Positions 1 through 13,810 of a stretch of DNA of 64,000 bases are shown here, piece by piece. The DNA is taken from NCBI GenBank assembly GCA_964016885.1, contig OZ024743.1:9114001-9178000 (forward strand), in the 5' to 3' direction. Position numbers and translations under genes: made by a program. A model generated the notes under the pieces. The model had not been told where the DNA came from. It ran no database searches and was given only the letters and a program-made list of their open reading frames with translations. How positions within the stretch are numbered: position 1 is the stretch's first letter; each line of letters opens with the position of its first letter. This DNA comes from Eledone cirrhosa. Lineage: Eukaryota.

Positions 1-10
1 ATATATATAT

Positions 11-55
<45 letters not shown>

Positions 56-336
56 GTAATGAGAATATTGCATCGTTTAAGAAATTAGGTTGAATAAAAG
101 AGAAAAATTAATAAATCAAAATAGCGTAATGAGATGTGGAAAATAATTGAAGGTGCATATTTATTCTTATCACAAAAAGTTTATAGGCTCCTTAAAACAT
201 TAACAATTTAATCGATAACGTTTGATACTGAAAATTGAGTATTTTCAAACGTTTAGAGTTTACACACACAAATGGTATTTGAATTTTCTGTCAGCCTTTG
301 TAGACAGTTGAAGCTAATCCTTTAGCTCCAGACAAA

Positions 337-509
<173 letters not shown>

Positions 510-840
510 AATATATTAATTATGAATACAGACTATCTTAGAGGGGAAATAACCATGGAAATATATACAAAGTTATGATGCAGACGTTGTGTTCTGAGTA
601 TGGTTTTAATACATCTCGATTAACGACAGAATGCTTTACCAACTATAGTTGTCTATTTATAACATCGTAAACCCATTCAACACAAATTTTTGGAGAGATA
701 ATATACTACTACAGCGTCATATATGTGAAAGAATTTAGGACAATCAAGCCTTTCTCATAAAATTATAAGTATAATTGAAATGAATTAGCCAATCACAAAT
801 AGAAACCGGTTCGTACACTCATTCATATATTTGAATTTCA

Positions 841-1177
841 ATAATTGTTTCTACTTTAGGCACAAAGCCAGCAATTACCCAGTTCATTACTGGTACTTTA
901 TTTTATCGACCCCGTAAGGATGAAAGGCAAAGTCAACCTCGGCCTTTCATCCTTACGGGGTCGATAAAATAAAGTACCAGTAATTTCAATAATTGTTTCT
1001 ACTTTAGGCACAAGGCCAGCAACTACCCAGTGCCTCACTGGTACTTTATTTTATCTACCCCGTAAGGATGAAAGGCAAAGTCAACCTCGGCGGGATTTGA
1101 ACTCAGATCGTAAAGGGACGTAACTATGCTAGAAAGCATGGCGTCCGACCCTTTACCGATACTACCAACCCACCGCC
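841..1177 (-). mobile_element. Composite of tRNA-derived SINE copies: 3' half (841-941), inverted piece (942-984), near-full copy (988-1177)
   Basis: Matches the family recurring at 24075, 34110, 52791, 54045; box B-like GAGTTCAAATCCC on - strand; ccagtaatttcaataat repeated on both sides of the near-full copy. Confidence 0.88.
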
Positions 1178-1397
1178 AGTAATTTCAATAATAATAATAG
1201 ATAATACAAACAGGCATAGAGGAATACTGAAACACACACATAATCTCATTCATCTCACATATACGCACCATTAATCTTGCATTTCTCACAAATTTTCTTA
1301 TAGTTATTCATCTATAAGTAACGTCAAATGTTAATATGAACATTTCATATTAATTTAAATATTATCTGCTTTCCTGTGTGTCTTCACTTCTTTTCAG

Positions 1398-1518
1398 AAA
1401 ATCTTCAACAGGTCAATACACATTCTAGTAGAATATCATCAGGAAAGCTTTACTGCATGCATTACCAAGCTTTTACGTTTAATTCTTCGATTCACTTCCT
1501 GCAATGAAGGCAATATCG
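1398..1518 (+). other. Candidate internal exon of an unidentified gene or lncRNA
   Basis: Pyrimidine tract plus ttttcAG acceptor and G|GTGAGT donor; frame 0 open (KIFNRSIHILVEYHQESF...EGNI). No recognisable homology. Confidence 0.3.
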
Positions 1519-1584
1519 GTGAGTACTTCAAATCTACAATCTATGCTCTTCGAAAGGCGGTCCTTTGAGAGGGTCATTGCTCTG

Positions 1585-1660
1585 GATCTTCAGGTTCTTA
1601 GTTCAAATCCCACCGAAGTCAACTTTGCCTTTCATCCTTCCGTAGTCGATAAAATAAACT
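1585..1660 (+). mobile_element. SINE fragment (box B and central domain)
   Basis: agttcaaatcccaccgaagtcaactttgcctttcatccttccgtagtcgataaaataaa matches the SINE family. Confidence 0.75.
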
Positions 1661-4209
1661 TCCAATTCAGGGGGGTGGCTTAATGCAATTGCTAGAGCAG
1701 GGTATGGTTGTCAATCATAAAGCTTATAGTATTTATTCTGGTTCTTTACGTTCCCATTTTATCTACGACTACTTGTCTTCTGTATATAAAAAAGAAATTG
1801 CCTGGGCCTATGTTCCGGAGTTGATATATTGCTAATCCTGATTTAAATAAAGTTTGTGTTGATTGAACCATTCCACTTACTTCTCGCCTGCGATTTACTG
1901 TCGACTTGTAGAGATGTCGAGTCCTCTATTGTGACATACTCTAGAGCCAGCGTCCATGATATTTATCAGACTGAGCCTATTTGGAACCTATACTTGCTAT
2001 AAATAACAGCAAATTCTCTCCCAAATCTCACCCTACCGTAAGGGAATCCATATCAAATTTTAGGATAATGTAGTCACAGATACACTATTCATGAAGTTGA
2101 TATATGGAACATTTTTATGTCAGTGTTTCAAACATCTAACCGCTAAATCAGTTGATTCTTCTTATTTTAAAGACTATTCACATTTTAAGGACTATTCACG
2201 TTAACACATAAACTAGTTGATTTCCTTAAATAACTATACAAAATTGTTGTTGCATGTTCCAGCTTAAGTTTGATCGATCAGACCTATGATCAAATGCGTT
2301 CCAGCTGTGACTATCCTATCTTTTCTACGGTGTCATTGTGTGATTGCGGAGGATTTGGTAGCTACTATTTATACATCGATCAACTATGTTGACACTTTTT
2401 TGGTGACTCGAAATATAAGCGGTAATCTCAATACTTAGAAAATTTTGGGTCATCAGCCATCTTAGAGGCAAATGATGTCAAGATACAAAATGTTGACATG
2501 TGAGATTTCAGAACTGAGAGGAAACCAAATACTGTGGCCCTAGTCATGACCATCGTCCACTGCCGAATAGATATTAAGGGTAGAAAGGTAATTTTTATCG
2601 TATTCATGTACGCATGCGCATGCACGTACATGTTTGAGAGGAAGAGATAGTAGTGATTGATATCTAGTGCACGGTAAATGTTTCTTATTGAACAAACCAT
2701 TGATAGACATTGATTTAAATATTAGAAACATGGATTTGGAAACTTGTTTGCTGTTTATCCAACCTCCCATCTTTACTTATGGAATTTACAATTGCTAAAA
2801 TATGTAACCTTTTCATCGAAAGAAATCAAGGATGTGTGAGAGATGTAGAGGATATAAAAATCTAAAACTGAAATGCAAACTAGAATTGGTAGCAAATAAA
2901 ATATTCATATATTTCATCACTTTGAATGAATTTGTATTTCACTTTCAAGTTTTTATTTTATTTGATTCTACAATTTTGCTACTCGATTTCGGCTTATATA
3001 TTTATCGATTATCAGTTTATCTAATACAGAACATGAAATCTAGAACATGCTGAGATTTAACTATTGTTTCTTACAGATTGTGCGACCACATAGAGGCACT
3101 CTCTTGTTTTTAGTAGTTTATGGTAGTCAGGGTAAACATAAGCCAACGGAAGGTTTCAGTTTTGCATTTTAAACACATAAAGCTGTTTTTTTTCATTTTC
3201 GAAAACACATCTTCTATTCCATTAAATGCAAGGGCTTGAATTAGAAAACTAAAATTTCAAAACTTTCAAAAACGTTTTTACGATAATTAGAAGTGAGGGA
3301 GGAAAATATATCTGAAATTGAATTTTATAAACGGAACTAATTTTAAAGAATGTCTTTCATTTGGTTCGGGTTACAGAATTTAAAAAATATATTTTAGAAT
3401 TAGTTACAGAAACCACTAGAGATTTTAAGTGCATTCATTCTGGATATTTCAGTTGCTATCAGGGTTTTTGATGTTTAGTTTCAGTCATTAGACTGTGGCC
3501 ATACTGGAGCGTCGCTTGACGGGATTTAGATGATCACGTCGACACCAGTTGTTATTTTTTCAAGTCGGGTACCATACACAAGCACAAACATGGACACCCA
3601 CAACCACATGCATACAAATGCGCACACACATACAAACATACATACAGACGCACACACATGTGCATACGATGGGCTTCCACACAGGTTACGTCAACCAATG
3701 TTCATTCGCAAGGCATTGCTCAACTCAAATATGCAATAAGACTGAACCTGAAACCATACAGCAATGTCTGTGCTTATGATGTGTTTGAATTTTAAAACAC
3801 GATGACTAAGTAGCTCTCATACATATTAAGCCATTCTAGCCATGCATTTATACTCAGACAGTACGGGCATTTAATCGCATTAAAACATATTTGTTCACAC
3901 AGTAAATGCACATTAGTTTCTTTTGACGAGACAACAAATACATCCTAAGAAAAGCAAGATTTTGTTATGCTCATGTCTTTACTAAAGCAATAACAGCATA
4001 AATGAAGTGAGGCAATTCCAACATAAATCGCCAACAATTTACTTTATATCGACAACCAAGAATAAGTAAAGTTTAAGAAGATAGCTGACGTAATAACCCG
4101 AGACTCATATGCAGTTTCAATTTGGGGTTGAAATACTTTTATATCATCAACGCTACTAATATGCTGAAATATTACATTTCTTGCTTTTGCATTCGCCAAA
4201 AACCAAACT

Positions 4210-4284
4210 AGGGGTCGATAAAATAAAGCACCTGTCATTCACTGGGAGTAATTGCTGGCCTTGTGCCCCAAATAGAAACAATTA
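4210..4284 (+). mobile_element. 5'-truncated SINE 3' end
   Basis: ggggtcgataaaataaag...aattgctggccttgtgcccaaatagaaacaatt. Confidence 0.8.
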
Positions 4285-4543
4285 TATAACATTATAATTT
4301 CCCAAACTTATTTCACCACAGAATCTTTTTCCATCCATCCATCCATCGATCGATAAATGAGCCCTTTGCTTCGCATGGAGTTGTAGGGCCGCTGGCATAA
4401 GAGAGACCATCTCTCTTCACGTCGGAATATAGCCGATTTCTTCTAGAAAAGGTGTTTGTGTGCGTGTGTGAGAAAGAGATAGATAGATAGAGAAAGAGAG
4501 AGATATATATAGAGAGAGAGAGTGAGAGTGAGAGTGAGTGAGT

Positions 4544-4602
<59 letters not shown>

Positions 4603-4629
4603 GGGTAAAGAGGAAAACCGACGCTTTAT

Positions 4630-4695
4630 CTTGCGGAACTCGAGGGTTTTACACGGACCCCTAGGATTTCGAGAAACCCTCTTTGGGAAACACTG
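4630..4695 (-). mobile_element. hAT/Charlie-like terminal fragment
   Basis: Reverse complement begins CAGTGTTTCCCAAA...GGGGTCCG, resembling Charlie-type termini; no partner end seen. Confidence 0.45.
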
Positions 4696-5667
4696 CTGCA
4701 GAGCAAAGTTTAAGCTTTCAGATAGCTGAGACAGAGACGATTTCAATTATTTCTTGAAGCTATTTCTCTTTTTCCTACGTAATTTCTGTACTTGGGAATT
4801 AGTGGTTGAAGTAATAAGGGTGTCTTGAAAAAATTAAATAATATCAAATATCCTAAGAGTAGAAAACGATGGTTAGCTATTTCTCTCTTGTATAATAACT
4901 ATATTAGAAATAAAGAAAGAAACGTATTTTTTTCTTAACAATTATAAAACGAATATAACTCACATTTGATGTAAAATGATGTTTATGCTTGTGCGTGTGT
5001 GTTTGTGCGCATTCGCGCGAGTATCTATATTTTGTTCAAAGGTATATATACGGTTTATGTAAGTTGAATATATATGTGTGTATATGTGTTTCTGTGTGTG
5101 TGTATGTGTGTGTGAAATCTTACGATATCATCATCGTAGTGGTATCGAAGCTCGAGTGCGATGCCCCTTTAGAGAAATACTTTGGTCGAAGCTTAATGTC
5201 GAGGCACACTGGAAGATGATCACAAATTCAACTCCGTAGTTTACCCCGACTAGTTTTATATACTGCTGTAGAGTTGTATGTTTGCCATGCAATAATAATA
5301 AATTGGCGAAATTTAGAAGTACTTGAAAAGCTGATACAAGTTTTCTAACAGATACTGTTACTTTTCAGTTTGATTCCGTGCCAATTCAACACCAGCATTT
5401 GTTTTTTCCGGTAGTTTTCTTTTGAGTTATGTTAAGCAGTAACCTACCATCCAAAATTAGAAAGTATACAGGTTGATGAACATTTCATATTATATTCTGA
5501 CCTTTCCTATATGATGTATATTCTCAAATACACATATAAATTGATTAGGCTTTAAATTCACCAGGGTTAAACTGATACTTAGAAGGAAAAACAAAGTCTT
5601 GAAATGTATTTTTATATATATACACATATATAAATTGTTCAGTTTGTGATTTATTTTATTAACTAAC

Positions 5668-5810
5668 TTGAGTTACTCCACCGTTCCGTGTGTCCGATAC
5701 ACAGAAGATTATATTAACACAGAGTAATGAAATCTGACAGGAATAGTTGCTTATATAAGCTGTACCATCAGCTCGAGAAGAAAAGTTATTTGAAAAGTAA
5801 ACTACAGAGT
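5668..5810 (-). other. Candidate internal exon (143 bp) of an unidentified gene
   Basis: On - strand: ttttttcAG acceptor and CAA|GTTAGT donor; one open frame (SVVYFSNNFSSRADGTAYISNYSCQISLLCVNIIFCVSDTRNGGVTQ). Confidence 0.3.
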
Positions 5811-6740
5811 CTGAAAAAATTATATATCGACAAGAATAAATACGTGCATGCAACTAGACCGAAGTAGCTTGCTTCTTCAACTATACCTAACTGTGGCAAG
5901 TGGTTTTAGTGGGAAGGTACTTGGCAAGGTCATATTTGTTGCAGTCTCACTATGAAGCCCTCCTTTCATTTGTTTCTTGTTAGCCGTAACTGATAATATA
6001 TTCCCTCTAAGACCGCCTATTCCTTTAAGAAAATACAACTATGACCATCTAAATATTTAATCATAACCAATACAGCGTCTTATGGCTTCCAATAGAAACA
6101 CGATGAATACTGCTGCTGCTGCAACTACTAATACTTCAAAAATAAAAATCAATCAATATTTCTTTGAATGTTGAATTCTACCTGGTTTTATAGAAATTTG
6201 GGCGGTACCTAATATTGAACAAACCCATGAGTATTTGCCTAATTTAATATGCACCTAGTAGCTTTTATTGTATTCACGCCAAGTTTACTATGAAAGTAGT
6301 TCAACTATTGCTCGCTATGAGAAACAAGATTAAGTCTTAATTTGGAACTGATTATGTGTTGAGGGCGTTGATATTAGTTGTAAAGAGTAAAAAATCCACA
6401 TCTAACTTCAACCTTCATCAAGGGATCTAACTGTAGATGATGATATGATTTCATGCTTTGTTTTGAATGAAAAATAATTTATTTCTATAGTAGTTACACA
6501 AACACATTAGAATGTTGTGTATATATAAACATAATGGAAGAGAAATTGAAATGACATCATAATAGAATAGATTAAAGTTATAATAAAAGAGTCGAGTTCA
6601 ACGATTGAGAGAGTAATTAATACACATACACACACAGGTGCCTCCTCCCACAATATACGATATATACATGTCTTTGAATACACATATACATACACAAACA
6701 CTCACACACACACACATATATATATATGATATTTTTATAT

Positions 6741-6892
<152 letters not shown>

Positions 6893-8144
6893 GGAAAAGA
6901 AAAAGAGATACCGAAAATTCTGTTCTAACATTTCACCAAAAGTTTATAAGAAAATCAAAATTTTGAGAAAAGTAAAACTCCATCACTCTTTGGACATAAT
7001 TATCTTATTGGGCTATACGTGACTTTCTGGGCTATAATTAGCTTATGGCGATGGTGTGCTTACACTAATACAAACAGATGACATTCAGAACATTTAACGT
7101 AACTATATAAACTTATATGAATTGTTTGTGTATTTCTTTCTGGACCCGTAACTCTTGTATGGGCGCTGTAGTGACATACAGAGTTTCTTGGGCAATTTTC
7201 TTTAAACCTGACGGAGCCCATCTCTTCTCCAAATTCGAATATGGCTAATTTCTTCTAGAGTAAGGAAAGAGAACGATAGCGAGGAAGTGAGAAAGTAAGT
7301 ATCGACTTCTGTAATGGATTTGTACTTTTTTTTATTGACCTCAAAATGACGAAAGGCCACGTTGACCTCGGTGGGATTAATGTCTTTATTAACAGCGTTT
7401 CCCTTTCCACAACTGTGCCTACATTAGAAACTATCATTATCGTTTCATTTTAAATCACATTTCTTAATATTAAGCAAATTATTCCCAGCCTGTATATTGC
7501 TGCATCGCATTAGCAGACGACTTGGCTTCTTCTGCCTTATAATCTGGCTTCTTTCCTCACATAAAAAAATATTTGCTTTTGTATTTGAAAAAAACTTTAA
7601 ATTGTTATGAAGATGCAATTGCTCACACCTCGAGAGGTTGTTTGCTTGCTGCATATTCACATTTGATTGCCAAGCTTCTCAACTTCAGCAGATTATTATT
7701 TTTTTTATTAACGATTCTGTTTTTGGAAGCAGATTTGTTAATGATTTTAATTTATGAAAACGTTTTGTTGTTGGTGTTTAGGATGAGCTCAACCCTGATT
7801 TGCACTGGAATATGATCAAAGGCGTTCTGGCTGTGACCACTTGATTGTTTCTATGATTACTTTATCTAATGTCTTTTACTTTAATGTCTAATGTCTTTTA
7901 CTTTTTCAAAAGTATATTGTTGAAATCAACATGTTATAATTATTTGAAATATTCTTTACCTAAAGATTGTTGGATTGGTTATTGAGACCAATTATATTTA
8001 TATTTGTTTTAATTTTGTCCGTCACAAATTCCTAGCGGAGAAATAATAATCTAACCCAGGTAGTGTTTACAGAATAATTCATATGTTCGCAATAGTTAAA
8101 TGTTTTGTAACAGGTTGAATTAAGTGTCTTCTCTTGAATGAAAT

Positions 8145-8945
8145 GGATCTCCGTCGATTTTACGATGAGTATTCAAGTTGTTTGATCAACGGAACAGCTT
8201 GCAAGCGAAATTAACGTGCAAGAGGCTGTGTATTTCACAGACACGTAATACACACAACGTAATCCTCAAGGATCACGCTGTGTGTATTACGTGGCGCAAT
8301 GAGACAAGGCTGACGCTATCACTATCATAGATACAGTCGATATGACAGGCTTCCAACCACTTTTCATCTATCCAAGTTCACTTACAAGGCAAAGGTGAAC
8401 CAGAGACTATGGTAAATAAAACCTGCCCAAAAATGTCATGCAGTGGGATCGAACTCGAAACCTTGTGATAGCGAAGCGCTCTCAACCATTCACAGTGTCT
8501 TTTTTAGGAATATAAGAAACCAGCTGAAGTAAACACATGCTCACGACCTGCAAACTTGTAGTGCAGTGTCATACTGCTTTTGATTTCTTACCCCATAAAT
8601 TGAGTAAATAATCAACAGCAAGAAAGTCGTTTTGTAATCATGAGGTTTCGGGTTCGATTCTATTTCGTACCATATCGAGCAAGTGTGTTTTACAATAGTC
8701 ACGGTTCATCTGAAAACTGAGTGAAATAAGGTTGATAGAAAATGTAGAAGCCCTTCAGATGGATTGTATTAAACATGTCACAGATATCTCGATGTGTTCC
8801 CACAGTTTCTATCAATTACAACACATAAGATAGCGGTCGACTTGAGGGTATGGTAGAGAACATGTTCTTGCCCAAGGTACAGCGCAGAGTGTTTCAACTC
8901 GAAACCATAGTTGTGAAGCGAGTATCATTAGCCTTTAACTATGCT
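8145..8945. mobile_element. Cluster of old, diverged tRNA-derived SINE copies in both orientations
   Basis: Box B-like gggatcgaactc (~8446, - strand) and gggttcgattc (~8650, +); segments ~8350-8490 and ~8797-8940 are similar to each other. Confidence 0.55.
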
Positions 8946-9491
8946 TGTCATATTTTCTTAAATAAAGCTCATAACATTATTCCCAACATAGTTCAACTAT
9001 ACAATTCACTTATATGCACTTATGTACACGCATAAGTTAGACTCTGCTTCACTTAGGAGGACTACAAAGATCGAAACTATCACTACATGCTAAGGGCCAG
9101 ATACATCCCTCGCTACTAAAATTTACTTAATTTAACTTATTGAAATTTCGTTGTTGTTATTTCCTCTGCCTCCTTCGTTTTTACTTGAATTAGTCTTTTA
9201 GAAAATGATTGTTTTAATGAGTAGAATGTAATCTTAATTAATATTCTCAAATTTTTAATATGTTGAAGCCTATATGCAAATATATCTTAGGTAAAGGGAA
9301 TAAAATTTCCAACAGAAGCCTAAAAATATATTAAACAGATGAAGGGAGAAGTTGTTTGTGTGTGTAAGAGAGAGAAAAGAGAGATACAGATATAAGAGAT
9401 GTCAACATGAATGGACCTGTTATTTATATCTAAAGAGTTTTTTCCAATTCCGCCCCGCCTGTCCCTTCAATCTATCTTATTTCTAATTCTT

Positions 9492-9527
9492 TCTTCTGAT
9501 GAAGGAATAGCGTCCGAAACGTTAAGA
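9492..9527 (+). ncRNA. Minimal type I hammerhead ribozyme motif (Penelope-like element type)
   Basis: TCTT-CTGATGA-A-GGA(atagcg)TCC-GAAAC-GTT-AAGA: both core motifs intact, stem II GGA/TCC, stem I TCTT/AAGA, palindromic AACGTT in place of stem III. Confidence 0.65.
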
Positions 9528-9825
9528 CCCTAATTCTGCTATTTCAAGCGTTAACCTAATATATTCCTTCCATATACTGTACTGATTGTGTTATTTCTAT
9601 TTACCTTTTACATACATACACACACATACACACAGACACACATATATATAATGAGAGAGAAAGGGAGAGAGAGAGGGGGGGGGAGGAGACATAGTGGAAG
9701 TAAATGAAAGCATTAACTATTCAGAAACAACACGAGACAGATTAACACAGACAGAGAAAAATAGACAGACAGATAGACAGATAGATAGATAGATAGATAG
9801 AAAGATAGATAGATAGATAGATAGA

Positions 9826-9946
9826 TTTCTTTATTAGCCACAGAGGCACACAATAAGGGGACAAATACAAAGGGCGAAGTTTACATACAATAAAAACGTA
9901 AAATATTATCACAGATGCAATTTAAAAAATTAGTCGATTTTCCCCA

Positions 9947-9950
<4 letters not shown>
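9826..9950 (-). mobile_element. 3' end of Tx1/L1-like LINE embedded in (GATA)n
   Basis: Reverse complement matches the 3' UTR at ~30620-30750 and ends in AATAAAGAAA; (GATA)n on both flanks. Confidence 0.8.
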
Positions 9951-10003
<53 letters not shown>

Positions 10004-10113
10004 AAGTGTATGTTTATGCTTGCTCTGACTTACTTTCACCTCTCTCTCTTGGTACTGTCTTACATATTCTCTTTCTTTTCCCATATATATATATATATAT
10101 ATCTATATACATA

Positions 10114-10187
10114 TAGAGTGTCCTAAAAAATGTATACACATCTCAACATCATCCTAATAAAAGCGTGTATACATTTTTTGGGAAACC

Positions 10188-10190
<3 letters not shown>
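10114..10190. mobile_element. Tiny Tc1/mariner-type MITE
   Basis: Imperfect ~28-bp TIRs (tagagtgtcctaaaaaatgtatacac / gtgtatacattttttgggaaaccctg) in TA context; same TIR family as 27751-27852. Confidence 0.7.
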
Positions 10191-10218
<28 letters not shown>

Positions 10219-10282
10219 ATGGCGGTGCCTCAGCTTGGCCTCAGCCTCTCGGCTGGAACACGTAATAGAGTAATAGTGTAAT

Positions 10283-10344
<62 letters not shown>

Positions 10345-10805
10345 GTGATGTATATATGAAAACAATGAAATAATGAGAAAACCGTTTATTTGGGTGAATG
10401 TGAGAGAGAAATAGTACAAGAAAAATTAAGAAGAGGTTCGGGAAGAAAAGATAAAAGATAAAATAAAGAGACGTGAAAATGATATATTGATTGTAGGAAT
10501 TTATTTTCGTGAACACAATAAGCGAACATAATGTATTCATTGTGGTCAGTAAATAATTACAAATTGTACATTCGTTAGACAGCTTATACATAATATTTTG
10601 ATTAGATAACTTACAGAAGTCTGATCGATATAATTCATAACCACTTACCCTGTTTTGTCTAATCGATACCATTCACAATCGGAGAGAAAATTAAAAGTAC
10701 CATAATGGAAACGTATGTATAATATAATATGATATAATATAAATATAATATATAATATATAATATAATTATATATATATATAATATATATATATATATAT
10801 AATAT

Positions 10806-10881
<76 letters not shown>

Positions 10882-11689
10882 ATGTGTATATATATATATA
10901 TAATAATAATAATTGTTTCTACTTTAGGCACAAGGCCAGAATAATAATAATAATAATAACGAAAATAATAATGAAAATATTGTGTACAGTGCTCAGGTGC
11001 ACTACAACTCATCAAAAGTGTATGTATAGTACATAGGGTAATGTACAAACGTCAGGAAAATGAACAGTGCATGAGTCATGATATATACATGTGTGCATAT
11101 ATATATATATATAAACACACATACACACACATGTATGAAGGCATACAAAACTATATACATACACACATTCGTACACACACTCACACACATATATATATAC
11201 ATAGGTATACAAATGCGAAAGCGAACGTATAAATGAAAAATGATGATATACACTAATTGAATTTGAACTGTTAATATATCTCAACCGTGTGCCAGCCAAA
11301 ATTCGCAATTTATATCTCTCTTCATCACATTAATTACTCTTAAAAACCTATAGACATTTGGCAGTAGTTTGATATTTCTCAGAATCCTGGAAGTCCTAAA
11401 GTAATCGTACGCACTGTTAGTAATATCTCTAGGTCAAATACCTCTCGAATTAAACCTACCAACCTTAAAAAGTAACATAATGTATTCCCTATATCTTCCA
11501 AATACTTTAATGATGATTTCATTCAATCAGAGCTTGAACGGGGCTTCGGAACAACAATGCTACACTGAAGAGTGATTTACTATGTTTATAGCTATAAATG
11601 GATCTTTAAGTTTGAAAATTTTCGTTTGTATGATTAGATGATGTCAATAGAGGAGTAAGGTGGATTCTCGCCCCTCGATTATTATCATT

Positions 11690-12930
11690 TATTTGGTCTT
11701 TCTAAGCATGTTTTCTCCAGATATCTTTAGAGGGCATATTGCTTTATAATCTCTCACACACGTCTGTGTTATATGGCTGAGAGTATCCAAATCTCACTAC
11801 CATAGAGTAGCATTGGCTGGAGTGTAACTTGGAAGAGTCTGAGTTAAGAAGACTGGCGTAGCAAATGCGGTCTAACTTGTTACGAGTTGACTATGCTTGG
11901 GATTTTCTGTTGGTAAGGTCCTTTACAGAATCCACGATCCAGGACCCGAGGCACTTAAAGTCTTCGACCTTTTTGATAGTACTACTTGAGCTTTGAGGAT
12001 GAATTCAGATAAAGAGCTAAAGATGTATTTCATCTTGCCTTGATTAAAGTGAAGGCCGATGAGGGTAGCTGCTTCTTGAAATGAAATAAGGAGATGTTAG
12101 GCATTCTCCATGCAGTCTGCTAGAAGAGAAATATCATCAGGAAAATCGAGATATGTGAGGAGAGCCTGGACCTCCTTCGTGGTTTGATGGTAATGCCTTT
12201 ATCATTGATTGTGTCTTAGGGCGTAGTCTAAGGCAATACCAAATAGGAATGTGGCAAGTGTGTCACCTTGCAACACACCTGCAAAGATTTCAAACGAGTC
12301 AGTTGGGCCGTCAAGTGTGATAATAGTTACAATTGTATTCTCATAAAGGACCTTGTTCATTTCCATAATCCTGGTAGGTAGAGCATAGAGTGGGATAATT
12401 TCAAAGAGAATATCTCTGTTTATGCTGTTGAAAGCCCTTTTTAAAATCGACAAAAACAGAGCCATTTTTCAGTTTGATTTTCTGATCTCCTCAACAACCC
12501 TTCTTACTACTTGAATCTGTGCAAGAGTGGACCTTCCACGTCTAAAACCATTCTGGTTGATGCGTAGAATTAGTCAACCAAAGTTACAACATGCTTTAGA
12601 ATGAGCGCATTGTACACCTTTGCATCAATAGGCATCAGTCAGATTCCATAGTTGTTTTACGGTGATCAATGGTTGCCCCTCTTTGGAATTTGAATTCTGC
12701 TAGATTTGAGCCAACTTGATAACGGAGAAAGATTATCGCATATTTAATTACAGATTGATAAAAAAAACTGAAGCTATGTTAGGATCCTTCCAAACCGAAC
12801 TGGGTATATTATTAAAACCTGGAGACTTCTTGTTTTGAAGGGATTTAAAGACACAATTTATCAGTACCTTAGTCGGCTTCCTTACATTAGTCACCTTTAT
12901 ATATCGAGTAATTCCCGGTACCTCGACTTG
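11690..12930 (-). pseudogene. Decayed non-LTR retrotransposon reverse transcriptase (RTE/RTEX-like)
   Basis: Motifs QNGFRRGRSTLAQI, AFNSINR, GVLQGDTLATFLF, LDFPDDISLL, IGLHFNQGK across broken frames. Confidence 0.85.
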
Positions 12931-13279
12931 ACCCGGATAAAACATGATATCGAATATCACGCTATAACATGATTTTCTCATGTTTGATATCCAGAGATAT
13001 AAACACATTCATAAGCAAATGTACATTCACTCACACACACCCACACACACATATATATATACACACAAGCGCATTTAACTGTATACACATATATATGTAC
13101 ACTTCTATATAGAATAGGTGTTTATATGAAGGCATATACGATATGTTTATATAATAAACAAACAAGAGTTTCGCTATGAAAATCTTACGCGGTAATCATG
13201 TCACAACTATCCCAGTAGCTGTATGAGAATGTCGAACGCGTCATCGGTGATTTTCACTCACACGGTACTGAGACAAGAA

Positions 13280-13810
13280 TAAGCTTATAGCTAGAGGAGG
13301 CTTCCTGTAATCTTGAGGACAGAATTTCTGTCACAAAACGTTGCTCATTTTAGAGCAAAACCGAGAACCACCTATATTTTACTGCTGTATGCAAATGACA
13401 ACGCGCTTGTCGCTCATACACCACAGCACATACAAAGGTTCGTGTGTGCGTTTACCACTGCATCTAAAATATTTGGACTCTAGATAAGCATAAAAGAGAC
13501 AGAATTACAGTGCCAGCCAAACTTTGTGTGAAGGCAAAAAGAAAGTATCAGGGTTTATAGTATTAATCGGAAAATTCTACGAGACCTTATGTATCTTGGC
13601 AGTGCAATAACGGAAGATAGGCCTATTGACTTTGAGCTACAAAGGAGAAAGACAAAAGCAAGCACGAATCTGAAACAATTATCATGTTTCCACAAGAACC
13701 CAAGTGCAATATTTACACAACAGTCATTCTTTCCCCTTTGTTTCTATGACATCGAAACATGGATATTATAGAGGAGTCAGGCGATCAAACTTCATGCTCT
13801 CATAAAACAG
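13280..13810 (+). pseudogene. Decayed RTE (BovB-like) reverse transcriptase fragment
   Basis: LLYANDNALVAH...FGL*ISIKETE, YLGSAI...IDFELQRRKTKAS, YDIETW; stops and frameshifts. Confidence 0.8.
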
